Assembly: GCA_965277185.1 (NCBI GenBank) | Contig: CBDICC010000009.1 | Coordinates: 51,087 to 115,086, forward strand | Direction: 5' to 3' | Length of the DNA stretch: 64,000 nucleotides | DNA from: Cytophagales bacterium | GTDB taxonomy: Bacteria; Bacteroidota; Bacteroidia; Cytophagales; JAHDFW01 | Shown: positions 59,693 through 64,000 of the stretch, in pieces | Layout: each line of letters opens with the position of its first letter | Position numbering within the stretch: position 1 is the first letter of the stretch | Notes under the pieces: generated by a model | The model's input: the letters and a program-made list of their open reading frames with translations, nothing else | Database searches by the model: none | What the model was told of the DNA's origin: nothing | Translations under genes and position numbers: made by a program

Positions 59693-60410
59693 ATTTCCAG
59701 CAGAGGTAATAAACGAATTGAAATGCTATGTTTATAGATTAATAGATCCAAGAAATGGTGAAACATTCTATGTTGGTAAGGGTAAAGGAAACAGATTATT
59801 TCAACATATTAAATGTGCATTAAAAACTGATGATTCTGTAGAAAGCAAATTGAGTACAATAAGAGAAATTTTAGCAGCAGGATTAGATGTAATACATGTA
59901 ATTCATAGACATGGTATGACGGAAGAAAGTTCTTTAGAGGTGGAGGCAGCTTTAATTGATGCATATCAAGGGACAACAAATATTATGGGTGGATATGGAA
60001 GTCATGATTTTGGTCCCATGCATGCAAAAGAGATAATGGATAAATACGCAGCGGAAGAAGCTGAGATTTGCCATAAAGTATTAATGATTACAATTAATAA
60101 AAGTGTGACAGAAAAGAGCGTCTACAATGCAACAAGATTTGCTTGGAAACTTAGCAAGAGTAAAGTCAAAGAGGTTGAATTTGTTTTTGCCGTTGTTCAG
60201 GGAATGATCGTTGATGTTTTTAAACCTACAGAATGGAAAATTGCCTTGGCTGAAAATTTCCCGCAGATCAATACTGAAGGAGAACCTAATAGAATGGGTT
60301 TTATTGGTCAAAAAGCTAATCAAGAAATTTTGAAACAATATCTAAGAAAAAGAGTACCATCTAAATATAGAAAGAAGGGTGCATCTAATCCCGTAAAATA
60401 CAGTTTTTAG
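59685..60410 (+). CDS. GIY-YIG nuclease-family protein with uncharacterised C-terminal domain
   Basis: The ORF is open from 59652. The ATG at 59685 overlaps the upstream stop (ATGATTGA). The GIY-YIG core is CYVYRLIDPRNGETFYVGKGKGNRLFQH...EVEAALIDAY. The ~130-aa C-terminal region ends ..KKGASNPVKYSF. Confidence 0.65.
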   Translation: MIEFPAEVINELKCYVYRLIDPRNGETFYVGKGKGNRLFQHIKCALKTDDSVESKLSTIREILAAGLDVIHVIHRHGMTEESSLEVEAALIDAYQGTTNIMGGYGSHDFGPMHAKEIMDKYAAEEAEICHKVLMITINKSVTEKSVYNATRFAWKLSKSKVKEVEFVFAVVQGMIVDVFKPTEWKIALAENFPQINTEGEPNRMGFIGQKANQEILKQYLRKRVPSKYRKKGASNPVKYSF

Positions 60411-60541
60411 CTTTGATTAAATCCATTGTATTAACTAAAAAACTGTAGTACTATCTTAGAGGATTTTATCTTAATCAAGAATGATAAAAACCTTTTAAAG
60501 CCGTCAATCTGATCAAAAATTGGAAAACGTGAAACACTTAA

Positions 60542-60748
60542 CTATTCTTTCCCTTGAATAATTTTTGAAAGAGATTTTAAAAAGAAAGCTACGTTTTGTT
60601 GTTCCCTTTGTGTTATACAATCTCGATCTATGTAATTCATAAGATACATCAGTTCATCAATATCATTTGCAAGCTCCTGTTTCGTGGAGTACAATTTGTT
60701 CAATTTCTTACAAATGGATTTGATTTCTTTGGTCTTAATTTTGCTCAT
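60542..60748 (-). CDS. Small helical hypothetical protein (68 aa)
   Basis: ORF with an ATG start and K/E-rich helical composition. No recognisable motif, so coding status is uncertain. Confidence 0.35.
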   Translation of the reverse strand: MSKIKTKEIKSICKKLNKLYSTKQELANDIDELMYLMNYIDRDCITQREQQNVAFFLKSLSKIIQGKE

Positions 60749-60945
60749 TCCTAAATATAAATGGAAGACTTCGATCTCACATACTGGTTTTTATGATGTT
60801 TTAGGCTTCCATAAGATCAATGGTTAAGATTATTAACAGAACCTTAGAATTGCCTATTTATCTTATGTCTGCTAAAAGATCTACTAATTACTCCATATCT
60901 TTGTCCATCTAAGGAAAAGAATGCAGTAGAACCTTTCTTATTAAG

Positions 60946-61293
60946 TTAGTCTTGATATTTATAAGGAGGAAACATTATTCTTTGAAGACAATCCCCATTT
61001 TTAAAACATAGTTCGAACTTAATGTGGTCATTTCGTTCTTCGTACATAATTTGAAAAGAAAGGTTAGTACCCTCCAATTCATAAAAAGGATAATAAAGAG
61101 GTAACTTAAATGGGATAAAAGTACTGTCTCCATCCTTGACATAAAATATTCCAGTTTTATCTTTCATTACGAATCTATAATCCACGACTCCTATAGATTT
61201 AAAATGTGTATAAGTTCCGTTCAAATCAGGTTTTTGTCCTTTAGAAAGGTAAGCTGTGCTACATAGTACAAGCAATAATAATATTTTTCTCAT
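60946..61293 (-). CDS. Small secreted hypothetical protein (115 aa)
   Basis: Clear signal peptide MRKILLLLVLCSTAYLSKGQ. The rest is beta-rich with no recognised family. Confidence 0.55.
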   Translation of the reverse strand: MRKILLLLVLCSTAYLSKGQKPDLNGTYTHFKSIGVVDYRFVMKDKTGIFYVKDGDSTFIPFKLPLYYPFYELEGTNLSFQIMYEERNDHIKFELCFKNGDCLQRIMFPPYKYQD

Positions 61294-61374
61294 AATGGTT
61301 AATGGTTTAGTATCCCCCTCAACCCTATGAGATGTTAATTGTTATAAAAAAGCGATGGGTTGAAAGCCATTCGC

Positions 61375-61484
61375 ATCCGAGGTTCCGCTAAGACCCACAT
61401 CACAAAATAAACTCAACAACCCATCTATCGATGAGCGTTAGTCTATCTTTTCCTGTGATGTTTGAAATTTAGCGGATTTCGGAT
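61375..61484. other. Long imperfect inverted repeat / hairpin (~110 nt)
   Basis: The outer arms are ATCCGA-GGT-TCCGCTAA (61375-61391) and TTAGCGGA-TT-TCGGAT (61469-61484), giving 14 Watson-Crick pairs plus possible G-U pairs. The inner helix is ACATCACA (61397-61404) / TGTGATGT (61454-61461). The apical mini-hairpin is CATC-TATC-GATG (61422-61433). A separate hairpin GCGATGG..CCATTCGC lies at 61352-61374. Confidence 0.6.
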
Positions 61485-62158
61485 ACAGTCAGATAGCTAT
61501 CGCTATAGCATTAATATATAATTGAGGTAAAGATAATAGGAAAGTCTTTTGAATAAAGAGATTGCTTACAGGAATTTTTGTTTGGAGATATAGAATTATA
61601 GATGTAACCCCTCGGATGTTAATCAGGCAACCGTTGGAAAAGAGTTCTTAATCTGCTGGAATTAGGTAAACATTTAAAGCTTATATGTTTTAGAGGGAGA
61701 TATTTGGTTGAATATTAATCGTGACAGTATTGCATCGTACAGGTCGAATTTAATTAAGTTTTTGTTGTTCTAAGGTAGTAGAGCTTCGTTCTACAAAAGG
61801 CAAATTGATTTTTGGTGTATTGATGTCAGAAAGTAGTTATTAATAGATATAACTAAGGGAATCAAGTTTGTAGAGACTATAATTAAATATTAGTCAATAA
61901 AGAGTTAAAGCATTATTAATCAGAACAATATTTAGAAAACGCATTTTTCAGCATGAAAAATAACTATTGTTTTATTAACTTTTTTAAAAGTTAGAGTTTA
62001 TTATATCTGTTGTTTATATAAGGTATTTAATTAGATAGTTATGTATAAACGGAAGAAACAAGATTTGAAAAAGAAGAAATAAGATATTGAAAACAGAGGA
62101 AACAAGGTTTCTAAAATGGAAGATTTAAGATTTGAATCAAATTGGCTATATTTCCGAT

Positions 62159-62974
62159 ATGAAAGAAATTGGGATAAAAATAACTGCTTCAATAGTCGAA
62201 AACAAGGAACTTTCTTCCTTATCTAAATTAATACTTGGATTAGGTTTTACGTACAGTCAAATGGCAGGTTACAATATGCTAACCAATAAAGAAATTGCAG
62301 AGTTGTTCTCAATAAATGAAAATACCATTGGTAAACACAGAAAGACTTTGCTTGATAAAGGTTATGAAAGAAACGAAAAAGGCAAGTATTATCTCACAGA
62401 CAAGTATAAAGAATTTAAACCAATACATAAGAGAGATATTATAATTCCATCAGAAGTTTATAAGAAGAGAATTAATGTCGGAGCAAAATTACTTTGGGGA
62501 GAATATAATTCGCTTTCAAACAAAGGTCAAAATGAAGCATTTGCAGCAAGAGATTATTATGCTGCACGACTGAACTGTAGCGTTGATAGTATTACAAATT
62601 GGTTTATGGAGTTAGTTGATAACGAATTATTATCCGATTATGGTTTGTTCGGGGGCCGTGGAGCAAGACAAAGACGTGTTAAAACGGTTGATTTTTCTAA
62701 AGGTAGTAATTCAATGATTCCAGTTGCCTTAGAGAGAAGGAAAGAGATTTGGAATGAATATATAGGAGACAAAAGCTATTTAAAAAGAAATGTTAATACC
62801 GAAAAACAGGCTTGGGAATATGCTAAGGACCTACGTATGAATATTATAGCGGGTGAAAATGAAAGAGAGATTGTTAGTTCTTTATTAGCCGATATTGATA
62901 CAAAAATGAAAGGAACTGACATTCTTGATAAGCTTAGAGAAATAATTCAAGAAGCACTCAAAGGAATCATTTAG
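62159..62974 (+). CDS. DNA-binding protein with two HTH/wHTH-like modules (element regulator or replication-initiator-like)
   Basis: The ORF is open from a TTG at 62132; the ATG is at 62159. Module 1 is LTNKEIAELFSINENTIGKHRKTLLDKGY and module 2 is ARDYYAARLNCSVDSITNWFMELVDNELL. The C-terminal part is helical. Confidence 0.55.
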   Translation: MKEIGIKITASIVENKELSSLSKLILGLGFTYSQMAGYNMLTNKEIAELFSINENTIGKHRKTLLDKGYERNEKGKYYLTDKYKEFKPIHKRDIIIPSEVYKKRINVGAKLLWGEYNSLSNKGQNEAFAARDYYAARLNCSVDSITNWFMELVDNELLSDYGLFGGRGARQRRVKTVDFSKGSNSMIPVALERRKEIWNEYIGDKSYLKRNVNTEKQAWEYAKDLRMNIIAGENEREIVSSLLADIDTKMKGTDILDKLREIIQEALKGII

Positions 62975-63345
62975 TATAATAGTTCTGTATCAGTATTTAG
63001 AAATCCAAGACCTTAATAAAAAAACTGGACAGCTATCTTAATAGATTGAGATCAAACTACCCACTTCGCGTAAGAACTTGCCAGAGAGAATGAATAATCC
63101 CTAATTATATGATTACTTGATCATGTACACATAATTTATTTTCACTTTTTTTAGCTTGAAAACTTATACTTGTACACCTTTTTGTAACTACCTAAAAACC
63201 AGTCAATATAAAATTTTAAAAGTATAAGTTTTATATGTTAAATAATTGATTGTAAGGTTATTGCGTTTTTTATTCTCAATAATTAGCAAGTACTTTGTGC
63301 CACTCAAGTAAGTAATTTATTACACAATTTTAATTATTAAACATT

Positions 63346-63567
63346 ATGAATTTAGAACAACTAAAACCTGAACAGGAGGTGTACTTTTTGGAACAAACAG
63401 ATAAAGACTATGTAGCAATGGTATTTCAAATGATGAACACTTTGACAATTGATGAGTTAATCGACGGAATTAAATGCTACAAAAACAATCATCCAGAAAC
63501 AAGTAAATATTTAGGCGGGATAATAGAAGAAAAGGCTGAAGGTTTAACAGAAAACTCAAATTCATAA
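63346..63567 (+). CDS. Small acidic hypothetical protein (73 aa)
   Basis: ATG-initiated ORF with no recognisable motifs. Confidence 0.35.
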   Translation: MNLEQLKPEQEVYFLEQTDKDYVAMVFQMMNTLTIDELIDGIKCYKNNHPETSKYLGGIIEEKAEGLTENSNS

Positions 63568-63652
63568 GGTTCAAAAGCTTCGAATGGTAAAAGTTCAATA
63601 TATGATGTTAGAGGACTTCTTTTTAATATTAGGAAGAAAAAAAACTACTTGT

Positions 63653-64000
63653 ATGTCCTCCAATATTAGAATTAAAAGAATCTGTGACCATTGTGGAAGT
63701 CAGTTTGAAGCCAAGCAAACTCGAACTAAGTTTTGTTCTCCGAGTTGTTCTAAATTGAATTACAAAAGGAGAGTGAAATTGGAAAAAATTCAGGGATCGG
63801 AAATAGAGACTTTAATTAAACGAATCGAGCCATTATTATTAATTCAGCAGAAGCAGTTTTTAAGTGTAGTAGAAACTGCTGAATTGCTTGGAGTAGGAGA
63901 GTCAACAGCTAGAGAAATGGTCTTTAATCGAATACTTGTAAGCAGAAAGATTGGAAATCGAATTATAATAAGGCGAATTGATATTGATAATTTATTTAAA
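63653..64000 (+). CDS. Partial (3'-truncated by window) zinc-ribbon + excisionase/MerR-type HTH DNA-binding protein
   Basis: This ORF is not in the supplied track because it runs off the window. My translation from the ATG at 63653 is MSSNIRIKRICDHCGSQFEAKQTRTKFCSPSCSKLNYKRR...FLSVVETAELLGVGESTAREMVFNRILVSRKIGNRIIIRRIDIDNLFK. It has a CxxC...CxxxC ribbon plus the Bacteroidetes mobile-element Xis-like HTH pattern (L.v.EaAellGv...t....v..g.l...kig.r..i.r.di). Confidence 0.6.
   Translation, partial: MSSNIRIKRICDHCGSQFEAKQTRTKFCSPSCSKLNYKRRVKLEKIQGSEIETLIKRIEPLLLIQQKQFLSVVETAELLGVGESTAREMVFNRILVSRKIGNRIIIRRIDIDNLFK

Larger units (their letters stand above)
56898..64000. mobile_element. Putative genomic island / integrated-element remnant abutting the mnmE 3' end (right boundary outside the window)
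   Basis: There is an abrupt switch from core genes to AT-rich DNA with long gene-free stretches (565 and 838 bp). The genes here are toxin/immunity/nuclease-type or orphan small genes in mixed orientation. A double-HTH gene and a partial excisionase-type HTH gene sit at the edge. No integrase or att repeats are visible in the window. Confidence 0.4.

Overview
This is a low-GC chromosomal window of Bacteroidota (Flavobacteriia type). The taxon call rests on T9SS type-B CTD cargo, a PorP/SprF gene, TonB-dependent receptors with CarboxypepD_reg-like N-termini, TAnnTTTG boxes and no obvious Shine-Dalgarno sites. Positions 5-16291(-) are one 16.3-kb gene for a 5428-aa T9SS surface adhesin built from about 48 cysteine-paired tandem modules. 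It is divergently paired with a PorP/SprF-family gene (16965-18116). The stretch 18.7-56.9 kb is mostly core genome: DUF3078-like OMP, NUDIX, rnhB, SGNH hydrolase, membrane PP2C phosphatase, gcvT, ComB-like phosphatase and two TonB-dependent receptors. It also holds a TPR/OMP/SPOR/ExbB/ExbD/TonB-like/folC/trmB block, a radical-SAM gene, long-form ispG, gyrA, serC, accC, a DtxR/MntR-type repressor, a thioredoxin-like protein and mnmE. Two things are not explained by ordinary annotation. (i) A ~720-bp strand-asymmetric nested repeat array lies in the convergent gap between 50471 and 51292. It has about 55 copies of an 8-bp unit RGTTYYTC, punctuated by five copies of a 43-bp module, each followed by a T7-T14 run. 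(ii) An AT-rich accessory island starts right after the mnmE stop (56898 to the window end). It carries a tightly packed cassette of RES-like, DUF4262+DUF2185-like, immunity-like and GIY-YIG genes (57463-60410). It also has a gene-free 838-bp region with a ~110-nt imperfect hairpin and iteron-like repeats, a double-HTH protein, and a partial zinc-ribbon plus excisionase-type HTH gene at the edge. I saw no rRNA, tRNA, CRISPR array, transposase or integrase. All family names come from reading motifs by eye and from memory of family signatures, not from any search.
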